A stretch of DNA of 64,000 bases from Mytilus californianus (taxonomy: Eukaryota). Position numbers and translations under genes: made by a program. Location: the NCBI RefSeq assembly GCF_021869535.1, contig NW_026262712.1, forward strand, positions 115,568,001 through 115,632,000, read 5' to 3'. The notes under the pieces were generated by a model. The model saw only the letters and a list, made by a program, of their open reading frames with translations. It did no database searches and was not told where the DNA came from. Of this stretch, positions 10,330 to 20,780 are shown piece after piece (positions within the stretch are counted from its first letter, which is position 1; each line of letters starts with the position of its first letter).

Positions 10330-12455
10330 GTCGAGAAAATATTCATAGAGTTTGTATTCGAATGTGAACTAAATTGTGCTCCTGTAAGAAAAATTGATTC
10401 ACAATGTGAAATATCGATCGGATGGTGTTGGAATTTTAATCCGAAAGGACATATGTAATGAATTTGATGTAACAATTGCAGATAATGACACTGAGGGGAT
10501 TTTTTGGATTAAACTGGATAATAAACCTGCGCAAATAACTTTCTTTATATGTGTGTTTATCTTCCTCCCTAAAATTCCAAACGTGCAGTTAACGTCCATA
10601 AGGTCTTTGACAATTAATGACTTAAGTGTACACTGTACCTATATGAAACGCCTTCTATATGTGTGGCGACTGGAATAGCCGATGTTCAGACTTTGCGGAT
10701 TCAATCACTGGTATTGATAATCTTCCAGACAGAGATGGTGTAGACTTTCAATGTAACAGTTATGGAAAGTTTTTTTTGTGAATTCCCAGTTACCGATGTG
10801 AGCTGTTATATTTTAAATGGTAGAACACGCTATTGAATAACTACACTTATGTCATGTTTGTCCTGTTTGTGTCAACTAGCGGTTTAATTGTCGTTGACTA
10901 CTGCATGGTACCGTACGAAATCCTTGATATTTTTGATCGATTTAAAGTTACAAGAAATAGTTTAATTATAGAGCAAATATGTGCTAATTGTAAATTTGAC
11001 CTTCAAAAGATCATCCAAAATCACTCTTTACTTACTTGGGAAATAATGTTGAATTTTAGCGAAAGTAATAAAAGGTTGCGCCATTCAAAAATAATCGTTA
11101 AACCGAAAGCAAGTATGATATATGGAATTTATCGAAAGACTAGCTCAGTTTGGAACCGACTTTAAATGAAAATGATAGTAAATTTGGAAATTTTAAGTGT
11201 AACGCAAAACAATATAAACAACATTGCGATAAAGATGGAGTCTTAAATAAAAGGGAGTGTGATTTCTCAAATATGTTTAATAAAACTCATGATAGTGTCG
11301 TAAATATCTGTGAAAATAATGCAGATGTTTAATATGATGATATGTGAGATTGTGAAATATCTCTTGAAGAAGTATTTAATGTTTTAAAATGTTCAACAAA
11401 CGGTTAATCACTTCGATATGACAAAATACCAGTTGATTTGTACAAGAACCAAACTATGTTAAAGGCCATAACTCGAGTGTTCAACGTTTGTTTTAACTCT
11501 GGTAAAGTTCCAGTTATGTGGTCAAACGGGATTATAACGCCTATTCCAAAAAGCTCAACATCAGATCCGAGTGATCCTTTATCGTACTGTGGTATTACTT
11601 TAGCATCGGTGTCCTACAAACTGTATTGTGGAGTATTGAACTCACATCTAACGTACAAGCTTGATGAAATTGACTTTCTATGTGACGAACAAAACAGTTT
11701 TCGAAAAGGGCATAGTACTGTCAGCCATTAAAGTACACAGTCTACCATTATAGAAACTGGAAAACTTCGTAACTAGAGCCTCTATTATTTAATATCTATA
11801 TTAACGATCTTGTTTTTGAGGTTAAGAAATTAGACATAGGTATAGACATTACAAACCATAAAGTGTGGTTATATGCAGATGATATTGTATTTATTACTGA
11901 AAATGAGAGTGATTTACAAAAAATGTTAGATGTTTTGAATATATGGTGTTGTTCTAATGACCTTACTGCTAATTTAAAAAAAAATCTATAATAGTACATT
12001 TTAGAACACAGTCTGTATCTAGATCGAATTTTCCATTTGTGTTTAATGGTAACAATATTGATATTCTTTCCCAATATACATATTGAGGTGTATTTTTTAC
12101 TGAGCTTTTAAGTTATGATAATATGGCTAAAGCAGTTGCTAAAGCCCCTAGTAGACCGTTGGGTTTGTTGATATCTAAATGTAAAGCTAACGGTGGTTTT
12201 CAATATTGTACATTTACAAAATTGTTTGATATACGTGTATGGTTTTTTATAAACTATGGTGCCTCTATATGGGGAACACGTGATGTTTTTACGTATAAAA
12301 GTGTACAAAATAAAGCCATGCGCTTTGTCATGGGTGTAGGGAAATACTCACCTAATATGTCTTTGTATGGTGAAATTGGCTGGATGCCATGCAAAATCAA
12401 ACAGTGGACTAGTGCTTTAAAAAATTGGACAAGATTAGATAAAATGAATGATGTT
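10330..12455 (+). mobile_element. Degraded non-LTR retrotransposon (LINE, CR1/L2-like group): APE endonuclease and RT relics
   Basis: Endonuclease-like SDGVGILIRKD...EGIFWIKL; RT-like WSNGIITPIPKS..DP.DP..YCGITL, DEQNSFRKGHST, LFNIYINDL and YADD (11872-11883); downstream YGASIWG...VQNKAMRF.MGVGKY..N..LYGEIGW. Many stops and frameshifts. Confidence 0.88.
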
Positions 12456-13139
12456 AGAGTCCGTTTGTCCGTTCGACCTTCCACCCGTTTTTTTGTTCTT
12501 CCAATAAATATTTTCGTCACACTCTTCTCGAATACTATTAAACAAAATGGATTTTTATTTGGTCAGCAGATTGACAATGAAGAGTTGTAACGTGTGAGCA
12601 CTTGTCGGATATCTCAGAAACCTAGTTCCTGGATTTCCTTTCCATAAATTTGAAATATGTAGGAGCAGGAACTGTTTACCCTTCCATTCTCTCGGTTTTT
12701 ATTGAGGTTCCTGTTGCTAATCATTTAGTTTTCTGTGTAGTGGTTTGTGAACGTTTGGCTGTGTCTATGTCGATTTTTCTTTACTACCATGATCTTGTCT
12801 GTTTGTATTGGACTTGTGGTTTTTGTTTGCTTAATCTCTCTCTTTTTACCCGTATCGCATCGTAATTTACGAGGTCTATAAACAATGTCACCTTAAGCAT
12901 AGTCATGTGTGATATCCTGGTTGAAATAAAATTTATACCTGGTCATTGACCCATTATTTTAAAAGATTATACTTTTTTGAAAGTTTTCACTCCTTTATGC
13001 TTCTTCTTTTCTCAAGCGATATTTGTTATATGGGTCTTAATTGACCCACTTTCCTCAAATGGACAAGCCAAGACATCTTTTCTCACGAGTATACATCTAG
13101 TATGTTTTTTAATTTTAGTTCATTTATATGTTTTGGAGT

Positions 13140-13325
13140 TTAGTGTGACGTCCATTTTCCCTGAACTAGCACACAATTTTATTTAGGGGCCAGCTGAGGA
13201 CCACCTCCGGGTGCGGGATTTTCTCGCTGCATTGAAGACCCATTGGTGGCCTTCGGCTCTTTCTGCTCTTTGGTCGGATTGTTGTCTCTTTGACATATTT
13301 CCCATTTCCATTTTCAATTTTATTA
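13140..13325 (+). repeat. SINE-like interspersed repeat fragment
   Basis: GGGGCCAGCTGAGGACCACCTCCGGGTGCGGGA...CCCATTTCCATTTTCAATTTTA; its tail recurs at ~35905-35930. Confidence 0.55.
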
Positions 13326-13734
13326 AAATCAATCAATATATACTATTATGGTTTTGACACAAACTAAGGGAAATCGATACAGTAATACATTTATTTTTAC
13401 ATTATTGTTAAATGAATAATATATTTTATGCTATTGAGTTGAGTGCGACATCACACGAGGGTCTTGACGATCGGTCCTTCAATTCTGTATCCTTTTTAAT
13501 ATTTTAAACCATTTTGTTTATTTTCAGTTTTGCCTATTATTCTCCATTCTTTATATTTTAGCATCCCATTATTCTCTCTTCTTTATTTTTTTGTCCATTT
13601 TTCCGTAGTATTGACCTATTATTCTCTATTCTGTAAACCTCGTACAGACCCTCTCACATCTAAATTTTCACTGAATCATTTCCTTATTGACATTGTTAAT
13701 TAACTTCCTGTAGACACAATATGTCTATACGATC

Positions 13735-14350
13735 TGATTTTGTTTATATCTATAGCGCTGGACTTTACATCAACAGTGCTAGACTTAAGATCTACAGAGT
13801 TTGACTTTACATCTTCAGCATTGGACTTTAAATCTACAGCGCTGGACTTAAGATTTGCAACACTGGACATAACATTTTCAGCACTGGACTTAAATCTACA
13901 GCACTTGAATTTACATCGCCAGCGCTGGATGTTTAATCTACAGTGCTGGACTTTACATCTCCAGCGATTGAATTAAAATCTTCAACGCTGGACTAAACAT
14001 CTACAGCGACGAACTTTACACAACACTGTCTGACTTTGCATCTCTAGCGGTGTACTTTATATCACCAGCGCTTGACTTTACGTCTCCAGCGCATGACTTT
14101 AAAAACCGAGTATCCCGATCCGAAATCCGCGGAAGGATTGTTACGGTGGTTAGGTCAAATCTGGAGCCGATTCCCACGGAGCGTAATTCCTCCGTGGGAA
14201 TCTGATCCAGATTTTACTTACCAACCGTTTTAAACTTTACATTAATTGCTCCTCGATATTCACATTCCTTTCCAGTTTCGGATCGGGATACCCGATGTAC
14301 TTTATTAAACACAACTCTATATATCTGTATGAGATCAACAATGCTCCGTA
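13735..14350 (+). repeat. Third 21-bp array with the conserved terminus, interrupted by a MITE
   Basis: Array at 13735-14100, then the terminus GAGATCAACAATGCTCCGTAG at ~14331-14351. Confidence 0.85.
14107..14294. mobile_element. ~190-bp MITE with 19-bp terminal inverted repeats and an internal hairpin
   Basis: CGAGTATCCCGATCCGAAA pairs with TTTCGGATCGGGATACCCG; internal GATTCCCACGGAG / CTCCGTGGGAATC and AAATCTGGA / TCCAGATTT. Confidence 0.85.
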
Positions 14351-14583
14351 GAACATTAATTATAACATAAACATAGTTATATCGGAAGTCAGTTATTATA
14401 GATCATTGATAGAAAAAAATATTCGACCATTCTGTTTCCTCGTCCTTTGGAAATTTATATATATATATATATAGATCATACAAAATGTATATCCCCGTTG
14501 ATAAATTTAATATTTGGAAAGTTTCAGCTCAATGCGAGAATAAAATATAAACGATAATATGCTATTTAATTTTATTATAATTG

Positions 14584-14638
14584 ATGATGAATTATCATTA
14601 TATAACAATGGCGATATGTTTTTTATTCGAAGTTCAAG
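14584..14638 (+). CDS. Exon 1 (signal peptide) of galaxin-like dicysteine-repeat protein
   Basis: MMNYHYITMAICFLFEVQ(G) followed by a strong donor CAAG|GTAAGA at 14639; phase 1 matches the acceptor at 17793; V-x-G signal peptidase site. Confidence 0.7.
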
Positions 14639-14889
14639 GTAAGATATACTGTATACTGTTTTCACATTTTATACGTTTTTTTTTTAATTGCATGGCAGTG
14701 AAAGGAACGTTAAAGATGTTTAACAATTTCTTGATGAACCAAATTATTCTTTATGAAATCGACATGAGGTCAGTTATTAGAAATAAACTATAAGAATACG
14801 GCCACCTTTAGTCAAAGTATTTTGGAAATGCTTAATAGAAGCAAATGTAATTAACTAGAAAATGACACCGTTTTTCATATAACGGTTCA

Positions 14890-15290
14890 AACATTTATCG
14901 CACCCCTGGAAAATTAGTGATGTTATGATTGGTTTAACGCCGTCATGTGGTGACCCGCTATGGATCCTTATCGTACCCCGTATAAATTAGTGACGTTATG
15001 TTTGGTTGAACATGGTGACCCCTATGGATCCGTATGGGGTCAGTAGATTTCATATGGGGTTCATGACGTCATTTCTACTATTAATGGTGACGTCATCTAT
15101 TAATGTTATTGCATTTAATAGTTTATTTTTATGTGAAATTTAGCATGAAAGTGCTATGTGCAATAAATACGTTAGACAGTTCACTAGTGACCCTCTAAAG
15201 AACCATAGAGGGTACGTAAAATCATTAGAGGGTGAGGCCGAATTACCAACCCTCCATGGATCCGTACGGGTTCATTAGCAAACCATGTAA
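14890..15290. repeat. Internally repetitive/palindromic interspersed element, related to 35450-35575
   Basis: Repeated TGGTGACCC..TATGGATCC motifs; GGGGTCAGTAGATTTCATATG shared with the 35450 hairpin. Confidence 0.55.
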
Positions 15291-15317
15291 CTTATAAAAG
15301 ATATACAAGTTTACGTT

Positions 15318-15601
15318 TTCAAGGGGGGGGGGGGGGGGGGGGGGGTTTGGGGGTTATGGTTTTTGTCTGCCAAAAGCGCGAACATTTTTAAAAAATTTCG
15401 ACGCTATCAATCAAATTATTTTTTTTCAAAATTTAACACTATAAGGTATGGGGAAAATCTGGATACTGAATATATTTTTTTGTCATCTGCTTGACCACAA
15501 TATTTTTTCATCAAATTGGGGATCAGAATATTTTTTTAGGAAAAAACCATAACCCCCCCCCCCCCCCCCCCCCCCTTTGAAGTTAGATGGTCGTTCCCTT
15601 A
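15318..15601. mobile_element. MITE-like element bounded by G23 and C23 tracts
   Basis: G23 at 15323-15345 and C23 at 15553-15575; inner GGTTATGGTTTTTT pairs with AAAAAACCATAACC. Confidence 0.75.
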
Positions 15602-17054
15602 GTGCTATAAAAAAAAGAAGATGTGGTACAATTGCCAATGAGACAACTCTCCACAAGAAACTATGTAGACAGCTCTCTCACAGGCAAAATACCTTACTAT
15701 AAAATATAATTGCATACACTACAGACACGGTGACACGTCTTCTGTATCCACACAGCACGAGTAACAAACACTGCAGTAAATATAAAAATAAGAAGATGTG
15801 GTATTTTACAATCAGTAACGTTTATATAACGGTCCTTGAGAACATATAGAGTTAATTTTTTGTGCTAGTTTACAATCAGTAACATTCATATAACGGTCCG
15901 TCAAGAACATATAGAGTTTAAACTTTGTGCTAGTTTACAATCAGTAACTTTCATATAATGGTCCGTCGTGACCATTGCTACTATTTACTATTAAATTCAC
16001 ATTTAACATTTCGTTACTAAGGAGTTAGCCTCCATATTGACTTTCTGAAATCCATTTATGTTCAATTTATGCTATGGAATCTAAAATGAAATATCACCTA
16101 CCTCAAAAACTTCATTTTAATGAGATTTTAACCAAATTTGAAACGGAATAATCTTCATATTGGGAGTTTTCATTCGTATGACGTCAATTTTCCGATGAAG
16201 TTAATGCGCCAAGCTAATTCATGAAATTTCGCGGAATTTTCTTTTATAGTAAATTTATACATTTTCCATGCTTTAATGCATTATCTCTTTTTGTTATTCA
16301 TTAGGATGGAAATAACAGTTAGGTATTTGTTTTTCAATCTCAATGTGATTGTACCCCATACATCTGTATCGCGCATGCATTGATCACAATGATGGTTACG
16401 AAAATTGTTTCGGCAACATGTTCTATCGAAGTTTAAACCAAGGGAAAAATGCTAACGGACCATTCCAATTCAAGTATTTGTAGATATACAAATCATATAA
16501 GAATTATAAGAAAATGTTTTGCATATAACTTTCCGTTGTGAACACACAGAGTTAAAATCTTTGTGCTAGTTTACAATGAATAATCTCCTTATAGAATAGT
16601 CAACTTTCGAGTTCGTTGCATTTCCGTCAAAAATATAGTTTTAGTGAACATCATTCGTGCGTTTAGGGGAATCGTCACTTCCTCCCCATGTTGAGCGAGC
16701 GGTTGAAAAAAAATATGATGTTATATTGCACGAATTATTAGGAAAATTAAATTCTTATAATTGATAATCAGCACTGCTGTCATTATGTAATTGTGATTAA
16801 GTACCCACGGAGCAGTCATTATTTCTAGTTTATCTTGCATAATGACGATCACGAAGACGCTTGATGAACTTGAATAGTGCAGGGATACAAGCAATCCCAT
16901 CTTTCTGGTAAATGCCATCATAAAACGCGCATAATTGTCGAACTTTTCCTGTGAAGGACATCACTCGAAAGTGGTCTATGACATAGTAAATGTAGTTATG
17001 AATAATGTCGTTATCTATATCGAAATATCTATAAATGATTCAAAAATAATAGTG

Positions 17055-17690
17055 CCGTATTTTCTTTGGTTCAGGTATATTTTGAAGGTCTTTGAATGGA
17101 ACACATAATCCTTTGTATAATACCGTTTTTTCTTTGGTTCAGGTATATTTTGAAGTCTTTGAATGGAACACATAATCCTTTGTATGGAACACATAATCCT
17201 TTGTATGATACCGGTTTTTCTTTGGTTCAGATATATTTTGAAGGTCTTTGAATGGAACACATAATCCTTTGTATTATACCGTTTTTTCTTTGATTCAGAT
17301 ATATTTTGAAGATTTTTGAATGAAACACATAATCCTTTGTATAATACCGTTTTTTCTTTGGTTCAGGTATATTTTGAAGTCTTTGAATGGAACACATAAT
17401 CCTTTGTATGATACCGTTTGTTCTTTGGTTCAGGTATATTTTGAAGGTCTTTGAATGGAACACATAATCCTTTGTATGATATCATTTTTCTTTGGTTCAG
17501 GTATATTTTGAAGGTCTTTGAATGGAACAAATAATCCCTTGTATGATACATACCGTTTTTTCTTTGGTTCAGGTAAATTTTGAAGGTCTTTGAATGCATA
17601 TGGAACAATAAACCTTTGTATGATACCGCTTTTTCTTTGGTTCAGGTATATTTTGAAGTTCTTTGAACGAAACAAATAATCCTTTGTAAC
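17055..17690. repeat. 68-bp minisatellite x ~9 in intron 1 of the galaxin-like gene
   Basis: TCAG(G/A)TA(T/A)ATTTTGAAG at 17071, 17139, 17227, 17295, 17363, 17430, 17497, 17568, 17642. Confidence 0.95.
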
Positions 17691-17793
17691 ACATCACCTT
17701 TTCGAATTGTCATTTCAGTAAACCTTTTTTTTTTATTCAATGAAGCATGTGCCATACGAAAGCATAAGGCCTTCTTTGCTTTTTCTATTCTAG

Positions 17794-18024
17794 GAGCTAA
17801 AATGCGATGTTTGATGGAAAGTTATGACAGAAATATACAGGGATGTTGTCACGGAAACGTATACAACAGATCAGTTAACGGTTGCTGTAATAACGAGTTG
17901 TATAATATATCACACGAAGGCTGCTGCCATGATATCAACATCTATAAGATACCATTCCAAGGATGTTGTGGGGATATGATATATAACAAACATCAGGATG
18001 CCATACAATATGAATGTTGTAATG
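17794..18024 (+). CDS. Exon 2 of galaxin-like protein (five Y-x5-8-CC repeats)
   Basis: Polypyrimidine acceptor TTTTCTATTCTAG (AG 17792-17793) and donor AATG|GTGAGG (18025); symmetric phase 1-1 exon of 231 nt encoding ...YDRNIQGCCHGNVYNRSVNGCCNNELYNISHEGCCHDINIYKIPFQGCCGDMIYNKHQDAIQYECCN. Confidence 0.88.
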
Positions 18025-18991
18025 GTGAGGCTTTATGTACAAACATTACTCATAATTTACACACATGTAACAAAAGAGCAAACCCATACCGTATTGTAAG
18101 CTATAAAAGGCCCTTGCATGGAGAATTATGGAACATTTCGCATGAAAAACCTAACGGACTCTTCTAATATACACTATACTATATTAAAACAATAAACGAA
18201 AACAACATAGCAGACAGCAAACATCGACAACCACTAAATTACAGGCTCTTGGCTTGAGACAGACACATACATAATGTGGTGGTGTTAAGCATGCTGGTTA
18301 GCGTTCACGCTCGTCTAACACGAGACAATGATGTACAAATGTAACTACACAAACTATAAAAAAACAAACTTTAAAGAGCAGCTGGAAAAGGGATCAACTC
18401 ATCAGATCGACACAGTACATAATACATATCACAAAAATAGAAACAAAAGACATCACAGATCAAAGTTAATTTGCAGTTACTGAAAACTAGTTCTAAGTTA
18501 CGCTATTTTATTAATGAACATAGTTGCCCTTTCATATCCCTTTTGAAGAAGGGAATTGGTTGATGCACCTTTCATATTTATAAATACTGTCCTTCCTTTC
18601 ATGGTCTATCACTGTTATCTCGCATGCTGCATGCAGTAGCGCTATAGAAAATTCAAATGATACTAGTTTCAATAAGACAGTTAATGTATTTTGCTTGTTT
18701 ATTTGGTTGAATTGTTAAGGTTATTAAGATTTTTCGTTATTTATGTGTATAGTTGGTGTTACATGTTAACACATTAGACGTGAATCGAATGAACGACACT
18801 ATGTAATTCGACAAACAAATACAATATTTGAGTAGATGTATTCAATGTCCAACTGTTTATGTATCAAACACAAAACGCAATCAACATATAGGTTTTTCAA
18901 TTCATGTGAAATCTTTTTCTTTTGACACAAATGAAAACTCATTGTGCATCCACTTGAGAAGTAACTGATTGATTTTTGTTTCTTTTTTCAG

Positions 18992-19179
18992 GTCAAATAT
19001 TCAATACTGCTTTGGAAAAATGTTTTGAAAATACCGTCAGGAACAAAACCACTGCTATACCAGAAAGGAAACCAAACAACAGTGCAGCCATTGTCAGGGA
19101 GAATGTTTCACAAAAAATGTTGATATGCTTCTTAGTTTTGACATGTTTGACAATCAACTGCACCCCGACCCTTTCTTGA
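18992..19179 (+). CDS. Exon 3 (last) of galaxin-like protein; GPI-signal-like C-terminus
   Basis: Acceptor TTTGTTTCTTTTTTCAG (AG 18990-18991), phase 1; continues the repeat register (CCN-G-QIFNTALEKC) and ends NNSAAIV...MLICFLVLTCLTINCTPTLS*. AATAAA at 19215-19220. Confidence 0.85.
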
Positions 19180-19329
19180 CTGGGTTTCAAGAATAATTTA
19201 TCTGGCTCAGATATAATAAACGAGACAAGAATGATTGGTACGCGGTAATTTGGATGGAATGTTAGGAGCAAACAAAACAAACCAAACAGAGGGGAGAAAA
19301 AAGCTTTAAATATATACTTGTACTTTATA

Positions 19330-19625
19330 TGTATATAAAAGGGTCGCTACTTACAAGTAAACTGTTGAACCAAAGATTCTTTATGGTTAAGTTGAAGTCA
19401 TCTCTGTACCAATTTAACGAACACCGTGATGGTTTGGTCCTGACATTTTTGTGTCGCACATTATTTTCTTCTCCTTTCCTTCGTATCAACGCATGCGAAT
19501 GTTTATCAAAGTTTTACTTGTCGTGAGGAAAAAGGGGATGCCCCTGGTGGATCAAGAACTTAACCCTTACCAGAGTTTATGGGTTCATTCCCTTTCTTTT
19601 TATATCTTGCGTTGATCAGTGTCTT
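19330..19625 (+). mobile_element. 3' end relic of a Penelope-like element
   Basis: GSLLTSKLLNQRFFMVKLKSSL resembles the PLE RT thumb seen at ~47590-47690; followed by a decayed version of the 3' segment also present at 27240-27660. Confidence 0.6.
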
Positions 19626-19659
19626 GTTTTTCGCATTGTGTTTTGCAATCTATGATTTT

Positions 19660-20780
19660 TTGCGGAATGTATTGTGTAAGGTTTCTGTTCAATCTTTAAT
19701 ATTTTTGCGGAATGTATTGTAGAATGTTTTTTTGTCCAGCCTTAAGGTCTTCTAGGTTTCTAGAAATGTTTTGTGTAATGATTTCTGTTCAGTTTTTTAG
19801 GTGTCAGTGATATGTGTTGTTGGAAGTTTTCTGTCCAGCCATTAGATTTCTTGAAATGTTTCGTGTATTGTTTCTATGTCAGTCTTTAAGTTTTCGTGAA
19901 ATGATTTGTAGACTGTTTTCTGTCCAGTCTTTAGTTTTTGGTGAAATGTTTTGTAGAAAGTTTTCTTCCCAGTCTTTATATTTCAATGAAATGTGTCGTG
20001 GACTGTTTTCTGTCCAGTCTTTAGGTTTTCTTGGAACGTTTTGTGGACTATTCTCTGTCCAGTATTTAGGTTTCAGTGAAATGTTTTGTGGAATGTTTTC
20101 TGTCCAGTCTATAGGTTTCCTTAAGTGTTTTGTGGAATGTTTTCTGTTCAGTCCTTAGTTTTCAGTGAAATGTGTTGTAGACTGTTTTCTGTCCAGTCTT
20201 CAGATTATAGTTAAATGTTTTGTGGAATGTTTTCTGTCCAATCTTTAGATTTCAGTGAAATATTTTGTAAATTATTTTCTGTCTAGTCATTAGGATTCTT
20301 GAAGTGCTTTGTGTATATTCTCTGTCTAGTTTTAAGGTTTCCTGAAGTATTTTATGTATTTTGTCCGTTCAGTCTTTGGGTTAACTGAGGTTTTTTGTTG
20401 GATGTTTTCCGTCCTATCTTTAGATTTCAGTGAAATGAATTGTAGACTGTTTTCTGGCCAGTCCTTAGGTTTCCTGAAGTGCTTTTGTATTTTTTTGTGT
20501 CCAGCCTTCAGATTTGCTGAAGTGTTTAGTGTATTGTTTTTACTCCAGTCTTAAGATTTCAGTGAAATATTTGTGGTATGTGGAACCAGCATTTCAGTTT
20601 CTTTCTGTTTAATGCTTTATTGCCTATTTTTCGTGCACTCTCTATGTTTCGATGAAAAGGTTTGTTGTCTGTTACTGTCCAGTCTTTAAATTTTCACGAA
20701 ATATTTTATGGACTGTTTTAAGGCTTTCGTGAAATGATTTGTAGACTGTCAAGTCTTTAGGTTTGTGGAAGGTTTTCGGT
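19660..20780 (+). repeat. ~45-bp minisatellite (TGTCCAGTCTTTAGGTTT...TTTTGTGGAATGTTTTC)
   Basis: Period 45 (e.g. 20011, 20056, 20101); the reverse-complement array is at 54300-55060. Confidence 0.9.

Noticed and set aside
9120-12455. Intronless lectin as a LINE 3' transduction product
   Set aside because: The LINE relic lies downstream of the gene with its 5' part nearest, the wrong order for 3' transduction; no poly(A) tail or TSD is visible.
14510-14530. GGAAAGTTTC as an NF-kB site, and ISRE-like words upstream of the SOCS-box genes
   Set aside because: Imperfect matches of a kind expected by chance in AT-rich DNA; not conserved between paralogous promoters.
18025-18167. Continuation of ORF 17802-18167 beyond the CC repeats
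   Set aside because: It reads through a donor site into intron and interspersed-repeat sequence; the spliced form restores the repeat register.
7937-20554. Repetitive ORFs at 7937, 8396, 13740, 17015-17675, 19814 and 20354
   Set aside because: Translations of the 21-, 68- and 45-bp minisatellites, not genes.
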